Source of the DNA: Nemertoderma westbladi | Taxonomy: Eukaryota; Animalia; Xenacoelomorpha | DNA length: 36,043 nt | Assembly: GCA_032718475.1 (NCBI GenBank) | Contig: JAUCBJ010005145.1 | Location: 1-36,043 of the forward strand | Reading direction: 5' to 3' | The notes under the pieces: model-generated | Databases searched by the model: none | What the model was told of the DNA's origin: nothing | What the model saw: only the letters and a program-made list of their open reading frames with translations | Part shown: in pieces, positions 1 to 11,600 of the stretch | How positions within the stretch are numbered: the stretch's first letter is position 1 | How the letters are laid out: every line of letters starts with the position of its first letter | Translations under genes and position numbers: made by a program

Positions 1-212
1 CTCATCTGATTTAGAGATAATTGGGTGTTAAATTAAATTTATTTCATTTAAAAATATATTGCAATAACCAGCAGTTACTTCATACGTTGAGGTAAGAATA
101 CGAATAGGCCTACATACATATGTACTGTGGGGGTCTCTCGATTGTTATCAGTTATCTTTAAGTTGCGTTGCTTTTCGCGTTATGCACCATAATCTCGTGC
201 AGAAGCAGAACT

Positions 213-1118
213 TTATGAAGCATAAAGGCGTTGGTGGCTATTTCGGCGTTGATGCAGTTTAATGAACTTGTGATTATCTATGACCTTGATATGTCGGTAT
301 TCAGGGTCTTTTTTCAAACATTTATCAATGAAATCGTGAAAATCATCGGTGTAATTAGGTGGGAGTGCGATTTGTAGAGACGACGGGAACTCACCAGTGG
401 CTAGCTCGACGAGAGTGACCCCCAAAGACCAGATATCGGCCTTGAGGGCGTTGTATCCCTCGGGACTGGGGTGTATCCTTTCCGGTGCTCTGTACTCGTT
501 TCTCTTGTACACCACATTAGTACCGATATCCCCAGCCCTATTGCACCCCTTGAGGAAAGCGGCTACACCACAATCGCCCAACTTTATTGTACCGGAACCG
601 TCCATGAGAATGTTCGAAGGTTTAACATACCGACAGAAAATCGACATCTTTTCGAGGTAATGCACAGCCTCGAGTACAGAATAAGCAGCTTTCGCAAGAA
701 ATCCTTCGCCAAAATTAAAGTTAAGCTTTCTGGCCAGTTGAGACAATGAGGTATCCATTACCTCCATACAAATCCAGATTTCTCCTCGGCAACTTTCATA
801 GACTGGCCACGATCCGTAGCAGGTCACTATGTGCGGACATGTAGGCTTATCGTCTTCGTCCAGAAATGCTTTTAGCATTTTATCGTTTAGATCTATAACT
901 GTGCCTTTCTCTTCTTTCGAGAGATCACTGATGTTACAAGGGATCCTCTTTATAGCAAATTCTCTACTCAATTTGAGATTACGATACTTTTCTACGAAGG
1001 CATAACTCCCTCGCTGACCCAATTCTCCCAATAGCATGAAGCTTGACGATGGACATTGATAATCAGTTTTATCTATAGTTAGATTTGCATTAAAACCATC
1101 TTTTCCACTTTCAGTCAT
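213..1118 (-). CDS. Intronless MAP kinase kinase (STE7 family, MKK3/4/6/7-like), predicted pseudokinase, 301 aa
   Basis: Kinase subdomains in order: LGELGQRGSYAFV (Gly loop), FAIKRI, CPHIVTCYG, EIWICMEVMDTSL (compare MKK3/6 VWICMELMDTSL), VKPSNIL, YRAPERI, KADIWSLGVTLVELATGEFP. HRD reads CRY and DFG reads DCG. Single uninterrupted ATG-to-TAA ORF. Confidence 0.85.
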   Translation of the reverse strand: MTESGKDGFNANLTIDKTDYQCPSSSFMLLGELGQRGSYAFVEKYRNLKLSREFAIKRIPCNISDLSKEEKGTVIDLNDKMLKAFLDEDDKPTCPHIVTCYGSWPVYESCRGEIWICMEVMDTSLSQLARKLNFNFGEGFLAKAAYSVLEAVHYLEKMSIFCRYVKPSNILMDGSGTIKLGDCGVAAFLKGCNRAGDIGTNVVYKRNEYRAPERIHPSPEGYNALKADIWSLGVTLVELATGEFPSSLQIALPPNYTDDFHDFIDKCLKKDPEYRHIKVIDNHKFIKLHQRRNSHQRLYAS

Positions 1119-2614
1119 TTTTAAATATGTAATTAAGTATATTGATAAACTAATAGATGTTTATCTACGAAGAAGACTAAGTCGGATCAATAAATTAACG
1201 CTGTGTTAACGCAATGTCTTTGGGCACTTTGTGACACCCAATTAGTATTAAGAAATATTTTAATTTTTTAAAATATAATATCATCCAATGCAGAATTCAG
1301 TACTCAATAACCAATGCGTTTAGACACTAAACCATGCAGCCCTAATGCAATCTACTGGAAAACTTAAGGCTCAAAATTACATAGAATACAAACTTGTAAT
1401 GAAAGTGTAGCAACAGTTCGGCAATTAATTGTAATTGTAAGAATTCCAGAATTTAACATTGCGAGTAATGTAGGCCCAACCGCCCCTATTATTCGAGTCA
1501 ATCTAGCAAAAAACCCATAAGTATTTTGCAATCAATCCGAACCACATATTTTGGATTCTATAATACCTTATTAATGACCAAAAAAGTCTATAAAATTTTA
1601 TTTAGCGGATCATAATATGTTTATTCATGGAAATTCTGGGTAAATTTGCATAAGACAAGCCAAACAAAAGGAACAGTAGGGAAAAGTAAGTAGCAAATTG
1701 GTGATGTTCCAGAATAATTTAATTAATTTCACAATAAGCTGTGATTCAATAGGAAATTAGTAATATTTACCCTGGCGTGTTACACATTAATTGCTATATC
1801 TCGGAAACTTGAAGTCGCATCAAAAATAATTTTTAAATATATCAAAAACTTCACGATATATTAAGGTAACTGTTGTAAAAAAATTATACAATTCCACTGC
1901 AAGGAAATTTCATAATTTCCATTAATGTTAGTGAAGATTTTTCACATAATTAAATTGTGATTGCTCTATTGATTTTAGGTGTAATTTATTTATTTGTTTT
2001 AGTTTAGAAACCACAATAGTTTATCATATAACAAATAAATTTTTTGGGGATAAGGGTTTTTGAGGTCGATAAATCCGATGGGCCAGGTTACATCCACCTG
2101 TTTAGAAGATAAGTTATGTAAATAAGATCCTTATATTGTACCACCAAAATTGGTATTAAAAATGGCTAAATTATTAGACAAATTTCCGTTGCTCTGGAAA
2201 CTAAATTGGTACCTACTGTATATAGAAGTGCATACTTCTGTCAATCGATAGTCATTAGAGTAAAGTTTGTTTGTAGCAAATTTGGAGAAAATCCCACCAA
2301 TAGACCCCTTGTTGCTATGTAAAATCCATGTTGCTAAGGAAAGAAACAGGAAATAATTGAAGGTGATCCGCATAATATATTTTTATAGACTTTTTTGGGG
2401 GTATTAACAAGATAATGTAGAATAAAACAAAATTGGTTTGGATGAATTGCGAATTTGTTATGGGTTGACCCCCTTTTTCGGCTAGATTGACTCGCCTATA
2501 AGTTAAAATGTAGCTTTAGAAAATTTAAGTAGGCCTAACTGCAGTAATTATAATTGTTAACATTACGAATGATGTAGGGCCAACAGCCTGGGATTGTCGG
2601 TACACCACTTGAAA

Positions 2615-5600
2615 TGTGACAGCGTGTGTAGTAAAGTAATGGTGAAAACATTTCGTGTGTGACAGCGTGTGTAGTAAAGTATTGGTGAAAACATTTCGTG
2701 TGTGACAGCGTGTGTAGTAAAGTAATGGTGAAAACATTTCGTGTTTGACAGCGTGTGTAGTAAAGTAATGGTGAAAACATTTCGTGTGTGACAGCGTGTG
2801 TAGTAAAGTAATGGTGAATACATTTCGTGTGTGACAGCGTGTGTAGTAAAGTAATGGTGAAAACATTTCGTGTTTGACAGCGTGTGTAGTAAAGTAATGG
2901 TGAAAACATTTCGTGTGTGACAGCGTGTGTAGTAAAGTATTGGTGAAAACATTTCGTGTGTGACAGCGTGTGTAGTAAAGTAATGGTGAAAACATTTCGT
3001 GTGTGACAGCGTGTGTAGTAAAGTAATGGTGAAAACATTTCGTGTGTGACAGCGTGTGTAGTAAAGTAATGGTGAAAACATTTCGTGTGTGACAGCGTGT
3101 GTAGTAAAGTAATGGTGAATACATTTCGTGTGTGACAGCGTGTTTAGTAAAGTAATGGTGAAAACATTTCGTGTGTGACAGCGTGTTTAGTAAAGTAATG
3201 GTGAAAACATTTCGTGTGTGACAGCGTGTTTAGTAAAGTAATGGTGAAAACATTTCGTGTGTGACAGCGTGTGTAGTAAAGTAATGGTGAAAACATTTCG
3301 TGTTTGACAGCGTGGGTAGTAAAGTAATGGTGAAAACATTTCGTGTTTGACAGCGTGTGTAGTAAAGTAATGGTGAAAACATTTCGTGTGTGACAGCGTG
3401 TGTAGTAAAGTAATGGTGAAAACATTTCGTGTGTGACAGCGTGTGTAGTAAAGTAATGGTGAATACATTTCGTGTGTGACAGCGTGTTTAGTAAAGTAAT
3501 GGTGAAAACATTTCGTGTGTGACAGCGTGTTTAGTAAAGTAATGGTGAAAACATTTCGTGTGTGACAGCGTGTTTAGTAAAGTAATGGTGAAAACATTTC
3601 GTGTGTGACAGCGTGTGTAGTAAAGTAATGGTGAAAACATTTCGTGTTTGACAGCGTGGGTAGTAAAGTAATGGTGAAAACATTTCGTGTTTGACAGCGT
3701 GTGTAGTAATGTAATGGTGAAAACATTTCTTGTGTGACAGCGTGTGTAGTAAAGTAATGGTGAAAACATTTCGTGTGTGACAGCGTGTGTAGTAAAGTAA
3801 TGGTGTAAACATTTCGTGTGTGACGGCGTGTGTAGTAAAGTAATGGTGAAAACATTTCGTGTGTGACAGCGTGTGTAGTAAAGTAATGGTGAAAACATTT
3901 CGTGTGTGACAGCGTGTGTAGTAAAGTAATGGTGAAAACATTTCGTGTGTGACGGCGTGTGTAGTAAAGTAATGGTGAAAACATTTCGTGTTTGACAGCG
4001 TGTGTAGTAAAGTAATGGTGAATACATTTCGTGTGTGACAGCGTGTTTAGTAAAGTAATGGTGAAAACAATTCGTGTGTGACAGCGTGTGTAGTAAAGTA
4101 ATGGTGAAAACATTTCGTGTGTGACAGCGTGTGTAGTAAAGTAATGGTGAAAACATTTCGTGTGTGACAGCGTATGTAGTAAAGTAATGGTGAAAACATT
4201 TCGTGTGTGACAGCGTGTGTAGTAAAGTAATGGTGAAAACATTTCGTGTGTGACAGCGTGTGTAGTAAAGTAATGGTGAAAACATTTCGTGTGTGACAGC
4301 GTGTGTAGTAAAGTAATGGTGAAAACATTTCGTGTGTGACAGCGTGTGTAGTAAAGTAATGGTGAAAACATTTCGTGTGTGACAGCGTGTGTAGTAAAGT
4401 AATGGTGAAAACATTTCGTGTGTGACAGCGTGTGTAGTAAAGTAATGGTGAAAACATTTCGTGTGTGACAGCGTGTTTAGTAAAGTAATGGTGAAAACAT
4501 TTCGTGTTTGACAGCGTGTGTAGTAAAGTAATGGTGAAAACATTTCGTGTGTGACAGCGTGTGTAGTAAAGTAATGGTGAAAACAATTCGTGTGTGACAG
4601 CGTGTGTAGTAAAGTAATGGTGAAAACATTTCGTGTGTGACAGCGTGTGTAGTAAAGTAATGGTGAAAACATTTCGTGTGTGACAGCGTGTTCAGTAAAG
4701 TAATGGTGAAAACTTTTCGTGTTTGACAGCGTGTGTAGTAAAGTAATGGTGAATACATTTCGTGTGTGACAGCGTGTTTAGTAAAGTAATGGTGAAAACA
4801 TTTCGTGTGTGACAGCGTGTTTAGTAAAGTAATGGTGAAAACATTTCGTGTTTGACAGCGTGTGTAGTAAAGTAATGGTGAATACATTTCGTGTGTGACA
4901 GCGTGTTTAGTAAAGTAATGGTGAAAACATTTCGTGTGTGACAGCGTGTGTAGTAAAGTAATGGTGAAAACATTTCGTGTGTGACAGCGTGTGTAGTAAA
5001 GTAATGGTGAAAACATTTCGTGTGTGACAGCGTGTGTAGTAAAGTAATGGTGAAAACATTTCGTGTGTGACAGCGTGTGTAGTAAAGTAATGGTGAAAAC
5101 ATTTCGTGTGTGACAGCGTGTGTAGTAAAGTAATGGTGAAAACATTTCGTGTGTGACAGCGTGTGTAGTAAAGTAATGGTGAATACATTTCGTGTGTGAC
5201 AGCGTGTTTAGTAAAGTAATGGTGAAAACAATTCGTGTGTGACAGCGTGTGTAGTAAAGTAATGGTGAAAACATTTCGTGTGTGACAGCGTGTGTAGTAA
5301 AGTAATGGTGAAAACATTTCGTGTGTGACAGCGTGTTTAGTAAAGTAATGGTGAAAACATTTCGTGTTTGACAGCGTGTGTAGTAAAGTAATGGTGAAAA
5401 CATTTCGTGTGTGACAGCGTGTGTAGTAAAGTAATGGTGAAAACAATTCGTGTGTGACAGCGTGTGTAGTAAAGTAATGGTGAAAACATTTCGTGTGTGA
5501 CAGCGTGTGTAGTAAAGTAATGGTGAAAACATTTCGTGTGTGACAGCGTGTTCAGTAAAGTAATGGTGAAAACATTTCGTGTTTGACAGCGTGTGTAGTA

Positions 5601-8600
5601 AAGTAATGGTGAATACATTTCGTGTGTGACAGCGTGTTTAGTAAAGTAATGGTGAAAACATTTCGTGTGTGACAGCGTGTTTAGTAAAGTAATGGTGAAA
5701 ACATTTCGTGTTTGACAGCGTGTGTAGTAAAGTAATGGTGAATACATTTCGTGTGTGACAGCGTGTTTAGTAAAGTAATGGTGAAAACATTTCGTGTGTG
5801 ACAGCGTGTGTAGTAAAGTAATGGTGAAAACATTTCGTGTGTGACAGCGTGTGTAGTAAAGTAATGGTGAAAACATTTCGTGTGTGACAGCGTGTGTAGT
5901 AAAGTAATGGTGAAAACATTTCGTGTGTGACAGCGTGTGTAGTAAAGTAATGGTGAAAACATTTCGTGTGTGACAGCGTGTGTAGTAAAGTAATGGTGAA
6001 AACATTTCGTGTGTGACAGCGTGTGTAGTAAAGTAATGGTGAAAACAATTCGTGTGTGACAGCGTGTGTAGTAAAGTAATGGTGAAAACATTTCGTGTGT
6101 GACAGCGTGTGTAGTAAAGTAATGGTGAAAACATTTCGTGTGTGACAGCGTGTTTAGTAAAGTAATGGTGAAAACATTTCGTGTGTGACAGCGTGTGTAG
6201 TAAAGTAATGGTGAATACATTTCGTGTGTGACAGCGTGTGTAGTAAAGTAATGGTGAAAACATTTCGTGTTTGACAGCGTGTGTAGTAAAGTAATGGTGA
6301 AAACATTTCGTGTTTGACAGCGTGTGTAGTAAAGTAATGGTGAAAACATTTCGTGTGTGACAGCGTGTGTAGTAAAGTAATGGTGAAAACATTTCGTGTG
6401 TGACAGCGTGTGTAGTAAAGTAATGGTGAAAACATTTCGTGTGTAGTAAAGTAATGGTGAAAACATTTCGTGAGTGACAGCGTGTGTAGTAAAGTAATGG
6501 TGAAAACATTTCGTGTGTGACAGCGTGTGTAGTAAAGTAATGGTGAAAACATTTCGTGTTTGACAGCGTGTGTAGTAAAGTAATGGTGAAAACATTTCGT
6601 GTGTGACAGCGTGTGTAGTAAAGTAATGGTGAAAACATTTCGTGTGTGACAGCGTGTGTAGTAAAGTAATGGTGAAAACATTTCGTGTGTGACAGCGTGT
6701 GTAGTAAAGTAATGGTGAAAACATTTCGTGTGTAGTAAAGTAATGGTGAAAACATTTCGTGAGTGACAGCGTGTGTAGTAAAGTAATGGTGAAAACATTT
6801 CGTGTGTGACAGCGTGTGTAGTAAAGTAATGGTGAAAACATTTCGTGTGTAGTAAAGTAATGGTGAAAACATTTCGTGAGTGACAGCGTGTGTAGTAAAG
6901 TAATGGTGAAAACATTTCGTGTGTGACAGCGTGTGTAGTAAAGTAATGGTGAAAACATTTCGTGTGTGACAGCGTGTGAAGTAAAGTAATGGTGAAAACA
7001 TTTCGTGTGTAGTAAAGTAATGGTGAAAACATTTCGTGTGTGACAGCGTGTGTAGTAAAGTAATGATGAATACATTTCGTGTGTGACAGCGTGTTTAGTA
7101 AAGTAATGATGAATACATTTCGTGTGTGACAGCGTGTGTAGTAAAGTAATAGTGAAAACATTTCGTGTGTGACAGCGTGTGTAGTAAAGTAATGGTGAAA
7201 ACATTTCGTGTGTGACAGCGTGTGTAGTACAGTAATGGTGAAAACATTTCGTGTGTGACAGCGTGTGTAGTAAAGTAATGGTGAGAAAAAAACGTGTGTG
7301 ACAGCGTGTGTAGTAAAGTAATGATGAATACATTTCGTGTGTGACAGCGTGTTTAGTAAAGTAATGATGAATACATTTCGTGTGTGACAGCGTGTGTAGT
7401 AAAGTAATAGTGAAAACAATTCGTGTGTGACAGCGTGTGTAGTAAAGTAATGGTGAAAACATTTCGTGTGTGACGGCGTGTGTAGTAAAGTAATGGTGAA
7501 AACATTTCGTGTGTAGTAAAGTAATGGTGAAAACATTTCGTGAGTGACAGCGTGTGTAGTAAAGTAATGGTGAAAACATTTCGTGTGTGACAGCGTGTGT
7601 AGTAAAGTAATGGTGAAAACATTTCGTGTGTGACAGCGTGTGTAGTAAAGTAATGGTGAAAACATTTCGTGTGTGACGGCGTGTGTAGTAAAGTAATGGT
7701 GAAAACATTTCGTGTGTGACGGCGTGTGTAGTAAAGTAATGGTGAAAACATTTCGTGTGTGACAGCGTGTGTAGTAAAGTAATGATGAATACATTTCGTG
7801 TGTGACAGCGTGTTTAGTAAAGTAATGATGAATACATTTCGTGTGTGACAGCGTGTGTAGTAAAGTAATGGTGAAAACATTTCGTGTGTGACAGCGTGTG
7901 TAGTAAAGTAATGCTGAGAAAAAAAGGTGTGTGACGGCGTGTGTAGTAAAGTAATGGTGAAAACATTTCGTGTGTGACAGCGTGTGTAGTAAAGTAATGA
8001 TGAATACATTTCGTGTGTGACAGCGTGTTTAGTAAAGTAATGATGAATACATTTCGTGTGTGACGGCGTGTGTAGTAAAGTAATGGTGAAAACATTTCGT
8101 GAGTGACAGCGTGTGTAGTAAAGTAATGGTGAAAACATTTCGTGTGTGACAGCGTGTGTAGTAAAGTAATGGTGAAAACATTTCGTGTGTGACAGCGTGT
8201 GAAGTAAAGTAATGGTGAAAACATTTCGTGTGTAGTAAAGTAATGGTGAAAACATTTCGTGTGTGACAGCGTGTGTAGTAAAGTAATGATGAATACATTT
8301 CGTGTGTGACAGCGTGTGTAGTAAAGTAATGGTGAGAAAAAAACGTGTGTGACGGCGTGTGTAGTAAAGTAATGGTGAAAACATTTCGTGTGTAGTAAAG
8401 TAATGGTGAAAACATTTCGTGTGTGACAGCGTGTGAAGTAAAGTAATGGTGAAAACATTTCGTGTGTAGTAAAGTAATGGTGAAAACATTTCGTGTGTGA
8501 CAGCGTGTGTAATAAAGTAATGGTGAAAACATTTCGTGTGTGACAGCGTGTGTAGTAAAGTAATGGTGAAAACATTTCGTGTGTGACAGCGTGTGTAGTA

Positions 8601-11600
8601 AAGTAATGGTGAAAACATTTCGTGTGTGACAGCGTGTGAAGTAAAGTAATGGTGAAAACATTTCGTGTGTAGTAAAGTAATGGTGAAAACATTTCGTGTG
8701 TGACAGCGTGTGTAGTAAAGTAATGGTGAAAACATTTCGTGTGTAGTAAAGTAATGGTGAAAACATTTCGTGAGTGACAGCGTGTGTAGTAAAGTAATGG
8801 TGAAAACATTTCGTGTGTGACAGCGTGTGTAGTAAAGTAATGGTGAAAACATTTCGTGTGTGACAGCGTGTGAAGTAAAGTAATGGTGAAAACATTTCGT
8901 GTGTAGTAAAGTAATGGTGAAAACATTTCGTGTGTGACAGCGTGTGTAGTAAAGTAATGATGAATACATTTCGTGTGTGACAGCGTGTTTAGTAAAGTAA
9001 TGATGAATACATTTCGTGTGTGACAGCGTGTGTAGTAAAGTAATAGTGAAAACATTTCGTGTGTGACAGCGTGTGTAGTAAAGTAATGGTGAAAACATTT
9101 CGTGTGTGACAGCGTGTGTAGTACAGTAATGGTGAAAACATTTCGTGTGTGACAGCGTGTGTAGTAAAGTAATGGTGAGAAAAAAACGTGTGTGACGGCG
9201 TGTGTAGTAAAGTAATGGTGAAAACATTTCGTGTGTAGTAAAGTAATGGTTAAAACATTTCGTGAGTGACAGCGTGTGTAGTAAAGTAATGGTGAAAACA
9301 TTTCGTGTGTGACAGCGTGTGTAGTAAAGTAATGGTGAAAACATTTCGTGTGTGACAGCGTGTGTAGTAAAGTAATGGTGAAAACATTTCGTGTGTGACG
9401 GCGTGTGTAGTAAAGTAATGGTGAAAACATTTCGTGTGTGACGGCGTGTGTAGTAAAGTAATGGTGAAAACATTTCGTGTGTGACAGCGTGTGTAGTAAA
9501 GTAATGATGAATACATTTCGTGTGTGACAGCGTGTTTAGTAAAGTAATGATGAATACATTTCGTGTGTGACAGCGTGTGTAGTAAAGTAATGGTGAAAAC
9601 ATTTCGTGTGTGACAGCGTGTGTAGTAAAGTAATGCTGAGAAAAAAAGGTGTGTGACGGCGTGTGTAGTAAAGTAATGGTGAAAACATTTCGTGTGTGAC
9701 AGCGTGTGTAGTAAAGTAATGGTGAAAACATTTCGTGTGTGACAGCGTGTGTAGTAAAGTAATGGTGAAAACATTTCGTGTGTGACAGCGTGTGAAGTAA
9801 AGTAATGGTGAAAACATTTCGTGTGTAGTAAAGTAATGGTGAAAACATTTCGTGTGTGACAGCGTGTGAAGTAAAGTAATGGTGAAAACATTTCGTGTGT
9901 AGTAAAGTAATGATGAATACATTTCGTGTGTGACAGCGTGTTTAGTAAAGTAATGATGAATACATTTCGTGTGTGACGGCGTGTGTAGTAAAGTAATGGT
10001 GAAAACATTTCGTGAGTGACAGCGTGTGTAGTAAAGTAATGGTGAAAACATTTCGTGTGTGACAGCGTGTGTAGTAAAGTAATGGTGAAAACATTTCGTG
10101 TGTGACAGCGTGTGAAGTAAAGTAATGGTGAAAACATTTCGTGTGTAGTAAAGTAATGGTGAAAACATTTCGTGTGTGACAGCGTGTGTAGTAAAGTAAT
10201 GATGAATACATTTCGTGTGTGACAGCGTGTGTAGTAAAGTAATGGTGAGAAAAAAACGTGTGTGACGGCGTGTGTAGTAAAGTAATGGTGAAAACATTTC
10301 GTGTGTAGTAAAGTAATGGTGAAAACATTTCGTGTGTGACAGCGTGTGAAGTAAAGTAATGGTGAAAACATTTCGTGTGTAGTAAAGTAATGGTGAAAAC
10401 ATTTCGTGTGTGACAGCGTGTGTAGTAAAGTAATGGTGAAAACATTTCGTGTGTGACAGCGTGTGTAGTAAAGTAATGGTGAAAACATTTCGTGTGTGAC
10501 AGCGTGTGTAGTAAAGTAATGGTGAAAACATTTCGTGTGTGACAGCGTGTGAAGTAAAGTAATGGTGAAAACATTTCGTGTGTAGTAAAGTAATGGTGAA
10601 AACATTTCGTGTGTGACAGCGTGTGTAGTAAAGTAATGGTGAGAAAAAAACGTGTGTGACGGCGTGTGTAGTAAAGTAATGGTGAAAACATTTCGTGTGT
10701 GACAGCGTGTGTAGTAAAGTAATGGTGTAAACATTTCGTGTGTGACGGCGTGTGTAGTAAAGTAATGGTGAAAACATTTCGTGTGTGACAGCGTGTGTAG
10801 TAAAGTAATGGTGAAAACATTTCGTGTGTGACAGCGTGTGTAGTAAAGTAATGGTGAAAACATTTCGTGTGTGACGGCGTGTGTAGTAAAGTAATGGCGA
10901 AAACATTTCGTGTGTGACAGCGTGTGTAGTAAAGTAATGGTGAAAACTTTTCGTGTGTGACAGCGTGTGTAGTAAAGTAATGGTGAATACATTTCGTGTG
11001 TGACAGCGTGTGTAGTAAAGTAATGGTGAAAACATTTCGTGTGTGACAGCGTGTGTAGTAAAGTAATGGTGAATACATTTCGTGTGTGACAGCGTGTGTA
11101 TTAAAGTAATGGTGAAAACATTTCGTGTTTGACAGCGTGTGTAGTAAAGTAATGATGAAAACATTTCGTGTGTGACAGCGTGTGTAGTAAAGTAATGGTG
11201 AAAACATTTCGTGTGTGACAGCGTGTGTAGTAAAGTAATGGTGAAAACAGTTCGTGTGTGACAGCGTGTGTAGTAAAGTAATGGTGAAAACATTTCGTGT
11301 GTAGTAAAGTAATGGTGAAAACATTTCGTGTGTGACAGCGTGTGTAGTAAAGTAATGATGAATACATTTCGTGTGTGACAGCATATGTAGTAAAGTAATG
11401 GTGAAAACATTTCGTGTGTGACAGCGTGTGTAGTAAATTAATGGTGAAAACATTTCGTGTGTGACAGCGTGTGTAGTAAATTAATGGTGAAAACATTTCG
11501 TGTGTAGTAAAGTAATGGTGAAAACATTTCGTGTGTGACAGCGTGTGTAGTAAAGTGATGATGAATACATTTCGTGTGTGACAGCGTGTTTAGTAAAGTA

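Noticed and set aside
397-749. Plus-strand ORFs of 87 and 92 aa
   Set aside because: Antisense shadows of the kinase ORF with no recognisable motifs.
2131-2373. 80-aa ORF with a hydrophobic N-terminus
   Set aside because: Short and AT-rich with no motif or splice support; indistinguishable from chance.
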